From Hemiscyllium ocellatum (Eukaryota): a DNA stretch of 64,000 bases. The notes beneath the pieces are model-generated. The model worked only from the letters and a program-made list of their open reading frames with translations. It made no database searches and had not been told where the DNA came from. Below, in pieces: positions 26,831 to 39,520 of the stretch; position 1 is the stretch's first letter, and each line of letters opens with the position of its first letter. Where the stretch lies: positions 60,483,003 to 60,547,002 of the forward strand of contig NC_083403.1 in NCBI RefSeq assembly GCF_020745735.1, read 5' to 3'. The translations under genes were made by a program, and so were the position numbers.

Positions 26831-28644
26831 GTGTCCTGTAGCCTTTGAGCTGGCATTTGTCAGTTAATAAAGAACTGGTTCATTGCTATATTGGTGCGTG
26901 TTCCATTTACACATAATGGAATCCATTTTGGCCATTTTGTATCTTCATTGCCCTTGGTATTTCTGTCGGGGGAAATCGATTTTGTGAAAAAGCTGCAGGA
27001 GGGCTGCTGTGCTGTGAGCATGCAAAATATTATCTGCAGGACTTTCTGACAGCAGCACATGAAATAAATTCCAGGAAAAATATGTAAAAGTCCTGATAAA
27101 AGTGCAGAGAAATGCTCAGTGAAAGTGGTCTGCCAAGTAACAAAGCTCTAAGTGGCTCTGAGTGATTGCCTTAGTGCCCTCCAACCTCTATTGCTGATGC
27201 TATCTGAGAATTAGCCTTGTTTATACATATTGTTCACAATGGAGACTAACAACCATTTAAAGGGCATTTTGTTTACATTGTAGCTGCTCCAGGGGTGCTA
27301 TGTGACAGATTTTTTTTCATGAAGCTTCAGTAGGAAGCAGTTACTACCTCGACTACAAAAATGCGGTGATGCTTAGAGTTTTGAGTTACAAGAAGGGAAA
27401 TAGAGATATGTGTGAAAGAGCTGGTGAACCAAATGCAATTTAGGAGAGGTCTCCAGTTAATACAGTTATTTATTTTGTTATACTCTCATGCCCATTGAAC
27501 AAATGTGAATGTTTTCAAATGCCGCTATTGCTTAAGTGAAAAGACTGTGCTCCCTTATTATTGACATTTTTTAAGAAAAGTAATAGAAGATATGATTGAT
27601 ATTCCTTCAGACTTGGAGGGAAGAATTTTCCCAGACCTTGCATAGCAAGAGTGAAATGGGGCATCAAGAAGATAAAATGGAATTGTTTCAGGATAGCAGT
27701 GAGTAGCCAACCCTGTAACTGAGATCTCATTTAAAGGCCATTTATAATGATCATTGACATTCCACATGGCCTCCCTTGGCTGTCCCAATAGGTATGGGAG
27801 TAGGAGTGGCTGAAGGCGCCATGCTCTAGAGGACTCCAAGGGCAGGAAAAGCCAGTCCTTCTATCTGAAGATTGGTGTTGGTGGGAATACCTCAGATTAA
27901 GCAGGGTAGTCTGCTGTACCCCTCAGCAGTATTTTTGAGTTGCAAACTCTGCAAGGACACCTCTGTTTTGAGTGATACCTCACTTGGTCACGCTACGGTT
28001 TTTGATGGTAACCTCAGAGGCAACAAGTTAGAAAGACACTTCCAGGGAGATATTGCCATCAATCTTGCTATTGTTAAGTGTGGGTTTGAAAATTCCATTT
28101 GACCCCAATACAGGAATTTTGGTGTCCTTTTGGCGTTATGATGCCTTTTATTCTGATGTAGTATATCAGAGGACATGGTACATTCAAGAATTTTGTACTG
28201 AAAGAAAGACACTATACGTAAGCTATTTTGTAATTTTGAAGCTTTATTAAACTTTGTATAAATTTCCGTAATTTGTAGTAAATACATTTCTGTGTTGTCT
28301 TTTCTTGCCTTTCAACCATCCTCAAACCAAGGGTATGGCCAACCTACAAACACATCTTTCTGTTTGGAATTCCATTCTATCCTGCTCTCACAGCCTGTTG
28401 CATAGAGGCACAAGTCCACATTTTGATGTTGTCCATCCATGTCACCTTAGGTCTTCCTTGTGCATATTTTCCAGGTGCATCTTGCATAATCTGTCACTCC
28501 CCTCTGGTTGTTATCATGTACACCCAAAATCTGCACTTTCCTAAAATCAAATCCTAAAGAAAGTTCCTCATTATACAATAGCTGTCTCAAGAATGTCCTC
28601 ATTTGTCCACTCGGCAATCCAGGACATATCCACATGACTGAGAG

Positions 28645-29430
28645 TCATTGTCATAGAGATATACAGCATGAAACAGACCCTTATGGCAACTCGTCCATGC
28701 CAACCAGATATCCTAGATGAAACCAGTCCCATTTGCCAACATTTGGCCCATAACCTTCTGAACCCTTTTATTCATATAACCATCCAGATGCCTTTTAATA
28801 ACTGTAATTGTACCAACCTCCACCACTTCCTCTGGCAACTCATTCCATAACTCTGCACCCACTGCGTGAAAATGTTGCCCCTTAGGTCTCTTTTAAAATC
28901 TTTCCCCTCTCACTTTAAACCTATGTCCTCTAGTTTTTGACTCACTCACATTGGGGAAAAGACCTTGTCTATTTACCATGTCCATGCCCGTCATGTCTTT
29001 ATAAACCTTTATAAAGTCACCCCTCAGCCTCTGATGCTCCAGGGAAAATAACCCCAGCCTATTCAGCCTCTCCCTGTAGCTCAAACCCTCCAACCTTGGC
29101 AAAATCCTTGTAAATCTTTTCTGAACCCTTGGAGGGAGAACAGAATTGCACACAGTATTCTAAAAGTGGCCTAATCAATGTCATGTAAAGCATCAACATG
29201 ACCTCCCAACTCTTGTACTCAGTGATCTGACCAATAAAGGAAAGCATACCAAATGTCTTTTTTACTATCCTATTCACCTGAGACTCCACTTTCAGGGAAC
29301 TATGAACCTGCACTCCCTTTGTTCAGTAACACTCCCCAAGACCTTACCATTAAGTGTATAGGTTCTGCACTGATTTTCCTTTCCAAAATGAAGACCTCAC
29401 AGTTATCTAAATTAAACTCTAACTGCCCTC
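28645..29430 (-). mobile_element. CR1 LINE 3' fragment
   Basis: QVHSSLKVESQV, LIRPLLEYCVQF, RVQKRFTRILP, KTRGHRFKV. Confidence 0.9.
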
Positions 29431-30149
29431 CTTGTCCCATTTCTTTCAGTCCAGGCTTACCTGGAGGCAAATGAAGAGATTCTGCACTTTTGCATAATTA
29501 TGTTAAGTGTGCTTCCTACATTTCTATATTTGAAATCTCTATGAACCATCTAACTTCAGAAGGTGTTGCAGAGCTGGGTGGCAACAACTTCAGCATCAAG
29601 TATTTCTTCAGAAGAAAGAGAACACAGCAATAAAAGGGGCAAGTGAAACAACACTGTCTCCAAAAGGCCATTAGCAATATGTTCCACTTTCAATAGAGTA
29701 GGATGAATAAGATACAAAACACTTCCTGGCTGGTCTGTTCTAGTATTCCCAGCAGGACAGAGGATTGTTGGGAATCATTCCTTTTTAAGTTGTGTTTATG
29801 GTTTCCTCAAATGCTGTGTTGATCTATTTCTTTTCACACCAAAACTACGTCTCCTTTTAATTTCCTAACTTGTTATTATCTGGGATCCTCCACTTTTGAA
29901 AATTTGCTATAGAAATACTATTATTCAATATGCAAAAGAGATCAAAATTGCTGATAGTGCTGTCTGATCCTGAGCAGTTGATTTAGTTTGATGAGTAATA
30001 TTTTATAATGATGCTACTTGAACCATTTTTTTGGCATATGTATGAGTCCTGATAGTGGAACAATGGGGGAGTAGTGCTCTGAACTAGTGGTGCTGTCAGG
30101 AGGTTATGGTATTTGAAGAGGCACTCACTGACTTGGATAACACATCTGC

Positions 30150-30345
30150 ACACATTGAATTTCTCCTTACACTGCATCAAGCTCCTTGGGGTGTGACTTC
30201 TGCTATTGACACTGTCATGATTCTAAGGCCCCACTTCCATCAGAAATATTTTCTGGAGGGCATCTTGCCCCCCTGTGAAAACAGGACATCTCTCCTGTAC
30301 ATTTCCCGTACCAAGGTCTCCAGTGCAGCATTAGAAAGTCTTAAA
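30150..30345 (-). pseudogene. Harbinger-type Myb/SANT DNA-binding protein remnant
   Basis: RLSNAALETLVREMYRRDVLFSQGGKMPSRK..W...V....TP..LMQCKEKFN matches the trihelix Myb/SANT pattern of Harbinger ORF2 (NAIF1/MSANTD-like); stop and frameshift present. Confidence 0.65.
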
Positions 30346-31079
30346 AACAACATCTTTGCATGTTTGTCATTCTCTGTCTTTTTCAGAACAGGATCAGTTG
30401 TCAAAAGCCTTTCAACACACGCTCCAGCCACAGCCTCTCCTTTTAAGGAATGTGTGATTTTAGGAAATACAACTTACTTTAACTGGTGCTATCCTCTAGT
30501 TGCTTGAACATTACAATTATATAAATTAGCAGGGAGCACAACATTGGCCTACTACCTATATTAGAAGCAACTAGCACATGTCAAACACGTCACATGACCA
30601 CCACATCAGTGGCTTGCGACCAGCGAATTTAGTACCCCTCATCTCTGATGTTACAGTTAATTGCATTGTCATCGAAAGCAAACCACCAACAGATAAGTGA
30701 AGATTTAATAGGTGACAACAATCAATATCTATCTGGCATCATGACTCTAAACTGCAGATAATTTATTTCAACAAAGTGAATCAGTTTAACTGTGCAAGGC
30801 AGGAACTTGGCAGCCCCACCTTTCTTTTTGTTGAAGTGCTTCCTTTGAGCTTCTTTATATTAAATTTATTAAAGGTTTCTACTTTGTTGAACCATTATTT
30901 CTTGAGCAACTGTTATTGCCAGTGGAAATATGATCACATAAGTTGGCTGGTTTTGAGAAGCTGAGCTCCCCATTTGATTTTTTTATCCATCCTTCACAAG
31001 TTGGGTTCACTGTGTCCTGTTGCACCCTGACAGACAAATACATCTCGGATCATTTTGGTTTTATTTATTATTAGGCACC

Positions 31080-31325
31080 TCATAGTTTTGGACCCGACCA
31101 GCTCAATCAGTAGTATTGCTGCCGAGCCACTCGTGGTGGTGGACATTGAAATCCTCCACCCAGAGTACATTTTGTGCCCTTGCTGTCCTCAGTGCTTCCT
31201 CTAAATGTTTTTAATATGGAGGGGCACTGATTCATCAGCCGAGGGAGAAGGGTATGTAATAATCAGCAGGAGGCTCCCTTGACCATGTTTAACCTGAAGC
31301 CCTGAGTTTTGATGTGATCTGGAGT
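31080..31325 (-). mobile_element. CR1/L2 endonuclease fragment
   Basis: QVKHGQGSLLLIITYPSPSADES..AQNVLWVEDFN. Confidence 0.75.
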
Positions 31326-31500
31326 CACTGCTCTCTCTTCCTCTTCTCTCATTTTCCCTTTTCTCTTCCCCTGCCCCTTCATTACTTGTTTTCCACCGTT
31401 CAGCCCGCATCCTCTCCCCCTTCCCTCTTCTCATCTTTCTCCTCCTTCCTCTGCTTTCTCTGCAGGCCCTTCCCCTCTCCCGCCACTTTTCTTTCCTTCA
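31326..31500. repeat. CT-rich low-complexity tract
   Basis: Nearly pure pyrimidine plus strand. Confidence 0.7.
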
Positions 31501-31829
31501 TTGTTTGAATCAAAACCCATTTGGTTGGAAATCAAAATCAGAAAATAGCATCCTACTGTTCCCTTGTGTCACCTGTGACAGGATTGTGGGACAACTTGTC
31601 ATTTGGTGGATCTTCACATAAAAATGATATGATGAAGATACTTTAGTCAACATTGCTAAAGTGATGTTTGTCATAAAAAACTATGTCAGTCCCAATTTGA
31701 CTGTCAGCAGCACAGATATTACCAAACTGACAGATCTGTCAGTACCAATGCCTGGATGGGTGAAATGTTTGTCAACAAATGTGAAATTCAAAGGTACCAA
31801 TTGGTAGCTCCTTGACTTTGAGTGACAGT

Positions 31830-32660
31830 ATTAATTCTTGAGATATGGGCATCATTGGTTAGACCAACATTCATTTCTCATTCCTAATTGCTCTTGAGAA
31901 GATGGTGATCTGCCTCTCTGCGCCACACAATCCATATTTGGCTAGGGACACCCACAGTGCTCTTCAGAGTTCCAGGATTTTGACCCAGCAACAATAAAGG
32001 ACCAGAAATATAATTCCAAGCCAGGATGGTGTGTGCCTTGCAAGTGGTGGTGTTCACAGGTGTCATCTGTCCTTAGGCTTGTGGTTGGTAGAAGTTACAA
32101 GTTTGGCACATTATTGATGAAGTCTTTATGAACTATTGAGGTATTGCCTCTGGAGTGAAATTTGAAGGTGGAATGCTGGTTAAGTTAGCTGCTTTGTTCT
32201 GCATGGAGTCAAGTTTCTTGAGTGCTTTTGGAGCTGTACCAATATGAGCAAGTGGAGACTACTTTATCACATTCTTGATATGTGCCTTGTAGATGGAGGA
32301 TAGACACTGGGGAGTCAGGCAGTGAGTTATTCATTGTAAGATATCTTGCCTCTGATCTACTCCTGAGCTACCGCATTTATATGGCCCATCTGGTTCAGTT
32401 TCTGGTCAATGATATCTCCCAGGATGTTAAAAGGGGGGATTTCAGCAATGGTGATGCCACTGATTGTCAAGAAGTGATGGTTAGACTCTCCCTTATTGGA
32501 GATGAACATCTCCTTGTGTGGTGTAAATGTCTCTTGCCATTTATTTGGTATGTTGAAGCAAGCAGACATTGCTTTAGTATCTGAGGAGTTGTAGATGGTG
32601 TTGAACACTATGTAATAGCCCAGCGAATGTCTCCATTTCTAACCTTATGATGGATGGAAA
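31830..32660 (-). mobile_element. CR1/L2-type LINE RT end and tail
   Basis: MFNTIYNSSDT..KWQETFTPHK..NILGDIIDQKLN; reverse homolog of 7000-7765. Confidence 0.8.
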
Positions 32661-33559
32661 CTTGGCTTTTAGCTGTAAGTACATCCACCAAAGATATTCC
32701 TCCTATGGTTTCCGTTACTCATCCCCAGGAACTCTACTATTTCATGTCTCTGTACAAAGTGAGAATTTGCTCCACTGATACTCATGACAAAACTCATCAG
32801 CAAGTGGCTTCACTGAAATCCAGGCCAATCCCTGATTCCATTTCATAAGTAACTGAGCCCAGGGAGCTCAACACTGGCTTGATATTGCCTTGTAACCGGG
32901 TTGATGTTAAATCTAGTGTGATATAAACTTGACAAGATCAACTAAGTGGACCTGTAAAAGCTTCCAGATTTGGTTTATTCTGCTTTCTCCCACGAAGAAG
33001 GAAACACTGAACCACCGAGCTTCCGAAACCTTTTGTTTCTGATTAAATACTGCTGTGCTGGTGAGTAAGCATGCCACTGTCCATTCAGGTTTTGTTAGAC
33101 AGTAATATTTAAACAAAAACATTTGTACTGTTACAATATTGGTTTCATTGTAATCTGCGAAAAAGCAAGTCTTGCATTTATAAAGTGTTATTTTTCGTTA
33201 GCTTACATCCCAGCCATTTATAGCCAATGACGTACTTTTTGAAGTTTAGTTGTTGGAGCAGAATTATACCTGGCTGTGGAGGTGAAAGGTCAAATTTAGA
33301 AATTTTTCAGAGGAAATCTAATTTTCCTCAGTATAACTAAAACCATGCCACATTTGTATGCCTTTTTCGGAGGTCAGGAATGCCTCCTGTGAGAAATGTA
33401 GATCTGTTGCAGGTCTCCAGTGTAAGACGGACGACAAAAATCACATTCACTAATTGCAGCCATTTTCGCTGCTTTAATGAATCAAATAAACGTACTCTGT
33501 CGAGTTGTGAGGAAATTTGTCAGACTGGGAAAGAGACAAGGAATAAAATGTAGCAACTT

Positions 33560-34130
33560 CCGTTGATGTTTTTCTTCAGCTTTTAAATTGCCTGCAAGCA
33601 AGTTGTGCCTGTGGGAAGGAGGGGGCAGTGGTGGGAAGATTCCTGTAAGGCCACATTTGAGCTCCAGCAAGAAAGAGTGTGTGTCACCAAACTCAGCTGC
33701 TTTGCATCAGGTACCAGCAACAGCCCAAAATTCCTTGCTTGCGACATGTACATTTCCAAATGGGGAGCATCACAATACCGAAAACCTGCAAGAATAATGT
33801 GGAATGAGAATAAACTACTCACCTGAGAGGCTTTATAGGAGCAGGGTGAAATATCTTGATATGACCGAGACAATATGTCTGTTCAAAATGTGGTGCCTGC
33901 TTTAATGACAAGATCTCTATCCAAAGGGGAAGTCAGAACCATACATTTCCAACGTTCTTGAAGGAGACCGATCCCAGTTCCTTCATATCTGACTCTTTCC
34001 AAAGGTCTGTATCTATTCTCTGTGGAATCTCAAAATCCTTATTGAATTGATGCATCCATCAAGTATCTGATGCCTTTTTTACAGGATCGGGCACTTCATC
34101 TCCTTTGGCAAGGGTAAGCATGCAGAACAG
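33560..34130 (+). mobile_element. Possible highly decayed RTE LINE fragment
   Basis: Weak motifs (ALHQVP, VVP..I.KG, IL.ESQ) at RTE-like spacing. Confidence 0.3.
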
Positions 34131-34233
34131 AGGACTGAGAGGTTACTGAAGTATTAATATCAGGAGACTAGTAATCTAGAGGCTAGGCTAATGCTATGTG
34201 GGTAGGGGTCCTACCACAGCACCTGGAATAAAA

Positions 34234-34341
34234 ACCAAAATAAAGATAAAAACAAAAATAGAAATTGCAGAGAACTTTATCCAGCAATTTCTCTTCTTTT
34301 GTTTCAGATTTCTAGCTTCTGCAGTTCTTTATTTTATTTAT
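34234..34341. mobile_element. Inverted PLE tail pair lacking the hammerhead
   Basis: aaaaatagaaattgcag / cagcaatttct..tttgtttcagatttctagcttctgcagttcttt; homologous to 23965-24020. Confidence 0.55.
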
Positions 34342-34520
34342 CTAGAAGAAAACGCTAGCCTCAAGTGATGCTGATCACAAACCTGTTGCAAAACCCACCT
34401 GGTTTCCTAATTTTCCTTCGGGAAGGGTAGCTGTTGTCCATACATGGTCCAGATGCTCTACAGTATGCTGGACTCTTAACTGACCTTTGAACTGAGCTGG
34501 CAAGCCAATCAATTTGACGG

Positions 34521-34714
34521 CACTGAAAACAACAAATGCTGGCAATCACAGAGAGTCAGGCAGCATCCATGGAGAGAGAGAGAGCAAGCTAACATTTCGA
34601 GTCAAAATGACTCTTTTTAAGAGCTATCTATCCCTAGATGCTGCCTGACCTGCTGTGATTTGCAGCACTTTTTGTTTTCAGTACAGATTCTAGCATCTGC
34701 AGTCATTTGCTCCT
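34521..34714. mobile_element. Head-to-head inverted PLE pseudo-LTR pair (family B-like)
   Basis: actgaaaac..tcaggcagcatc / gatgctgcctga..gttttcagt; TSD tcaatttga(c/g)gg at 34509-34520 and 34715-34726; minus strand gagtc-attt-tgactc-GAAA. Confidence 0.85.
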
Positions 34715-35000
34715 TCAATTTGAGGGTAGTCAAGAATGAATAACAAATTCTGGCCTTGCTAGTGATATCCAGTCATCTTTAATAAAGTTTATTTCAGAAA
34801 TGAAGGTGGTTCCTCTGCCTTCTTTCTCTGGATGCGGAGCCCAAGGCAACGAAAGCAATGCCTAGGTCCCATGAAAAAACCAAGAAAAAAATACATATCT
34901 CGCAGTAATACTCTGCCTCATATTCAAATTTGTGTAGCATTTATAGGATATAATATTTCTCCCAGAGTAAAATTTATGTTGCAATAATATTCACACTATC

Positions 35001-35335
35001 ACACGGTGGCTCAGTGGTTAGCCCTGCTGCCTCACAGTGTCAGGGAACCATTTCGGTTCCAGCCTGGGGTGACTGTCTGTTTGGAGCTTGCACATTGTCC
35101 CCGTGTCTATGTGGGTTTCCTTTGGGTGCTGCAATTTCCTCTCACAGTGCAAAGATGTGCAGGTTAGGTGAATTGGCTGTGCTAAATAGGCCATAGTGTT
35201 CAGGAATGTGTAGGTTAGGTATATTAGTCAGGGGTAAATGTAAAGCAATAGGGGAGGGCAATGGGCCTGCGTGGGTTACTCTTTGAAGGGTTGGTATGGA
35301 CTTGTTGGGCCAAATGGCCTGTTTACACACTGTAG
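35001..35335 (+). mobile_element. V-SINE (HE1-type)
   Basis: tRNA head, V-domain, ggcctgtttacacactgtag tail. Confidence 0.9.
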
Positions 35336-37115
35336 TATTTATCCCAAAGGAATATTTATACTGCCATAATATTCATACTAGTTCACTATTTATGTTCAGT
35401 AGTTGACTCACGAACTTTAAGGGCATTTAAGTGGTCATTGGATAAACACATGGATGAAAATGGATAGATAGACTTCAGATTGGTTCCACAGGTCAGCACA
35501 TTAACCAGGGCTGAAGGGCCTGTACTGCGCTGTCATGTTGTATGTTGCTGTAATGTTTATCCCAGAGGAGTGTTTCATCCCAGGCTAACATAGCACCACA
35601 TTAATATCATATTGCTGCAGTATTTATGCTATCCTAATATTTATTCTCGAGGAAGGCTTGTGGCACATAATATTTATGCTGCAGTACTGTTTGTCCTTTG
35701 GTCATATTAGATTGGGTGCTTGTCATTGCTGACAGCAAACTATTTGCTGGAGTGGTATCGTTCCTTCGACTCGAGTGCAGTAATTTCCATTGCTGTGCTG
35801 TGTTGCTCAGAGTTCACTTTCGGAATGCTCGTCTGTACTGTTTGATCACACTATTTTAATCAGAAAGGAATGTGAAAAATGGAGATTGTCACTCTCTGAC
35901 TTTAGATGAGGCTGTAAATTATCATTTAATCATTAACAAAAACGTTATTACATTGTACTGTACTGAGATAGCAGTGCAATTATGTAAATTGTTTTTACTG
36001 AACCTTTAACAGAACGCTCTTTGTAGCATTAATAAAAAAAAGGAAACAGACCTACTCTGTAATTTTTGAAAGCCATCTGTGTTTGATCTGTTGATTTTTT
36101 TTTTGAAAACTGGAATGAAAAGTTGATGTCTGCAGCTAACATTACAGCTGAGACTTGGGGACAAGTTGCCTGTTCATGTTCTGAGCCATGCAGTGTTACT
36201 TGACACTGTGGGGTTAATTTGGCAAGTCAAGAATCTTACACCAATGCAGAGCAAGGAAAGGGAAAGTTTAACATCTGCAAAAAAGTACAAAAAAAAGAAG
36301 AAAGATTTTGGTCAACCTTTATTTGATTTGTATTTCTAGAAATGCAAACCTGATTATAGGAGAAACATTACTGAATTATCACTTATGTATTTATAATGAT
36401 GGAGCTTTATGCTGGGATCACCTTGTAAAGACATTTTTTGACACCATAGCTAAAAGATTTCACAGGTTATTTATCCTGTTGCATGTCTTAAAAGACTGCA
36501 AACTACATTTTCCGATATTGGTGTGGTATTGTCGGGTCAGAGATGATGTTTGGTTGCTTTCAGACACAGTAATAATGGAAGTTTGAGTTTTACCAGCTCA
36601 TTAGAGTTGAAACAGGAAATGGTTGAACTGACAATGTGATGGGGAAAGTCATCAATGTTTCCTTGCTGCAAATCTCTTGTTTTTGGTGGGAGACTCCTCA
36701 GCAGCTCAATTGTTCATTCAGCAACCCATTGAGGCATTGGATGGCTTACTTGAAGGGCAACTTAATACTTGCTGCTATTTAGGGGAATGTACTGGGGACC
36801 CTACTTTATGGGGACTTCATGGCAAAGGTAAGAGTATAGGGGCAGGAGTAGCCTCTCCAGCTTGCTGTGTCATTCTAGCTCATGACTGATCATATATCTC
36901 AACATGATTCTTCTTGTGCTATTTTCCCAACCCTTCTTGTTGTTAGCACCTAGAAACATGTCAGGTTCTCTCTTGAACACTTTCAAGAACTGAGCTTCCA
37001 TTGCCCATTCAGATAGAGAATGTCATGCATTCACCACCCTCTGAGTGATGAAGCTCCTCCTCATCTTATCCTGAGGTAGTTTCCCTTTTAATGTCCACCA
37101 GCCAGGGAAAAATTT

Positions 37116-37801
37116 GGGCTGAACCTTCTCACCCACTGAACAGTGTGGGTACTGGCCAGAAAACTGGGAAAATCATGTGATATTGACAGGGAGGAGAACC
37201 TTACTTTGAGAGAAATAAATTCCATTTTCTAATCAAGGATGAGATTTTCACCAATGAGCAGCTAGAAGCCTATCTGCATGTATTAAGAACTCATTATTAG
37301 TTAATCTTGCTTCTTTGTTTTCAGTTTACCGTTCTCCCACACGCTGGATCAAAACAGGGTGATGGCAATTCCTGACACAAAGTAAGTGTGGGTACCTGGC
37401 AACATCAGCTTGCCACTTGCACTTTTAACCCTCCATCATAGTTCCCTACCACCCCTCCACCTTTCAGGATCTTCAGCTTCCTGTTAACAAAGTGGAGTTC
37501 CAATTCTCCTCTGTCCAATATATTTAGAGCAACTTACAGAAATTGAGCACAGCAACTCCAGACTGCCAGCTACTGACTGGCTATTCAGCTGTACTTCAGA
37601 GATAGTACCAATGTCAGGAATCCTGAGAGTCTGCTGAGACAAGTGGACATTACCTTGAGTGGGGCGCCAGAGAGGCATGGTGCATAGATTGGTGAGTTCG
37701 GGAAGATCTGTGTGAGAAAATCCGTGAGGCCTCTCAGAGAGAAATCCTCCATGCCATCCACCAAAATTGTCACTGAGCTGATTTCTGGCAAAATTCAGCC
37801 C
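37116..37801. mobile_element. Non-autonomous DNA transposon, Harbinger-like
   Basis: Terminal inverted repeat GGGCTGAA...TTCAGCCC placed exactly where the host CR1 is interrupted. Confidence 0.6.
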
Positions 37802-38090
37802 ATCCTTCCTGCATCGCCACCTGTGCAGAACTTTGAGGTATCTGATATTCAATGAGACCAACTCTCACTATTCTAAACTTGAGACAATACTGGCTCAGTT
37901 TGTGAAACAATCCTTCCATCCCAGAGATCTGTCAGGTGAACCTCCATTATACTCTGTCTATGGAAAGTATATCCTACCTTATGTAAGGGGACTGAAACTG
38001 CTCAAAGTACTCCAAATGTGGTCTCACCAAAGTTCTATGCAATTGAAGCAAGACATCTTTACTCCTGTACTCAAATGCTCTTCTGGTAAA

Positions 38091-38284
38091 CAGGATGTGA
38101 AGGTTCTGGTGTTGGACTGGTGTGTACAAAATCAGAAGTCATGCAACACCAGGTTATAGTCTAACAGTTTTATCTGAAGTCACAAGCTTTTGGAATGCTG
38201 CTCCTTCAACTGATGAAGGGGATGCACTCCGAAAGCTTATTATTGCAAATAAACCTGTTGGACTATAACCTGGTGTTGTGTGAC
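38091..38284. mobile_element. Head-to-head inverted PLE pseudo-LTR pair (family C), hairpin
   Basis: caacaccaggttatagtctaacag / ctgttggactataacctggtgttg; TSD ctcttc(t/a)g(g/a)taaa at 38078-38090 and 38285-38297. Confidence 0.88.
38210..38240 (+). ncRNA. Minimal hammerhead core, family C (stem I lost at the inversion)
   Basis: CTGATGA-a-gggg-atgca-ctcc-GAAA-G-CTT: AGCU palindromic stem III. Confidence 0.65.
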
Positions 38285-38886
38285 CTCTTCAGATAAAGGC
38301 CAACATATTATTTGCCTTTATAATTGCTTGCTGCACAGGCATGCCAACTTTCAGTGACTTAGGAACAACAATGCCGAAGTCATGGCAACTGCCTGCCTAT
38401 CAATGATAACCAATTTGGTAAATTAAAGTACCAATTGAGGGTATGTTACCAAGGGCAGTCTATATATTTTAGACGGGGGTAGGCTCCACTGATGTATATA
38501 AGCCTCCTGGTATTAGACCATAGTAGTCAGATGCAGATCCAACCTAGTCTAGCGTGCAGCCACAGCTGCAAACCAGCATGTGGAGGCACTCTCCCTCCAC
38601 ACTGGCATTGTAGCTCTGACCATAGTACAGTTAGTGCACTTCACACATTTTCAGTGTGTGCCTTGAGATGGGGGTGGTTTTATACATGCAGTGGCAGCAC
38701 ACACTTCTTGTAATGGGTTTCAGATACTCTAACTAGACCATCCCTGGCTGCGAAACCAATCCACTGTCTTTAAATGGATGATGTTCTCAGTGATCTCCTC
38801 CTGAAAACTCTCCTCCACGATACCAAAACTGGTGGCTCTTCCATTCCTAAGGATGGGGATGTTTGTGCATCCTGCTTCTTTTTTAT

Positions 38887-39520
38887 TAGATTACTTCCAG
38901 TGTGGAAACAGGCCCTTCAGCCCAACAAGTCCACACCGACCCTCCGAAGAGCAACCCACCCAGATCCATTCCCCTACATTTACTCCTTTACCTAACACTA
39001 CGGGCAATTTAGCATGGCCAATTCACTTAACCTGCATATCTTTGGACTGTGGGAGGAAGTCGGAGCACCCGGAGGAAACCCACGCAGACACAGGGAGAAT
39101 GTGCAAACTTCTCACAGGACAGTTGCCTGAGGCGGGAATTGAACCCGGGTCTCTGGCGCTGTGAGGCAGCAGTGCTAACTGCTGTGCCACCGTGCCGCCC
39201 AGATTAGATTACCTACAGTGTGGAAACAGGCCCTTTGGCCCAACTAGTCCACACCGACTCTCCGAAGAGTAACCCACCCAGACCCATTCCCCCTAACTAA
39301 TGTACCTAACTCTACAGGCAATTTAGAATGGCCTGTTCACCTAACTGGCACATCATTGGACTGTGGGAGGAAACCAAAGCACCCCGAGGAAACCCACGCA
39401 GACACAGGGAGAACGTGCAAACTCCACACAGACAGTTGCCAGAGGCGGGAATTGAATCCAGGTCTCTGGCGCTGTGAGGCAACAGTGCTACCCACTAAGC
39501 TACCGTGCCACCCGTGCTGC
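38887..39520 (-). mobile_element. Two head-to-tail V-SINEs (38887-39200, 39201-39520)
   Basis: Two consecutive complete reverse copies, each with a (taatc)n tail and gggcggcacggtggc-type head. Confidence 0.92.

Larger units (their letters stand above)
34160..34785 (+). mobile_element. tRNA-derived SINE carrying two nested inverted PLE mini-insertions
   Basis: gactagtaatctagaggc head, aaacccacctggtttcctaat core, aaattctggccttgctagtgatatcc tail. Confidence 0.65.
36828..38370 (-). mobile_element. CR1 3' end hosting a MITE (37116-37801) and a PLE hairpin (38091-38284)
   Basis: CR1 sequence cagccagggaaa|atccttcctgcatc and ctcttc..aaggccaacat resumes across both insertions. Confidence 0.7.
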
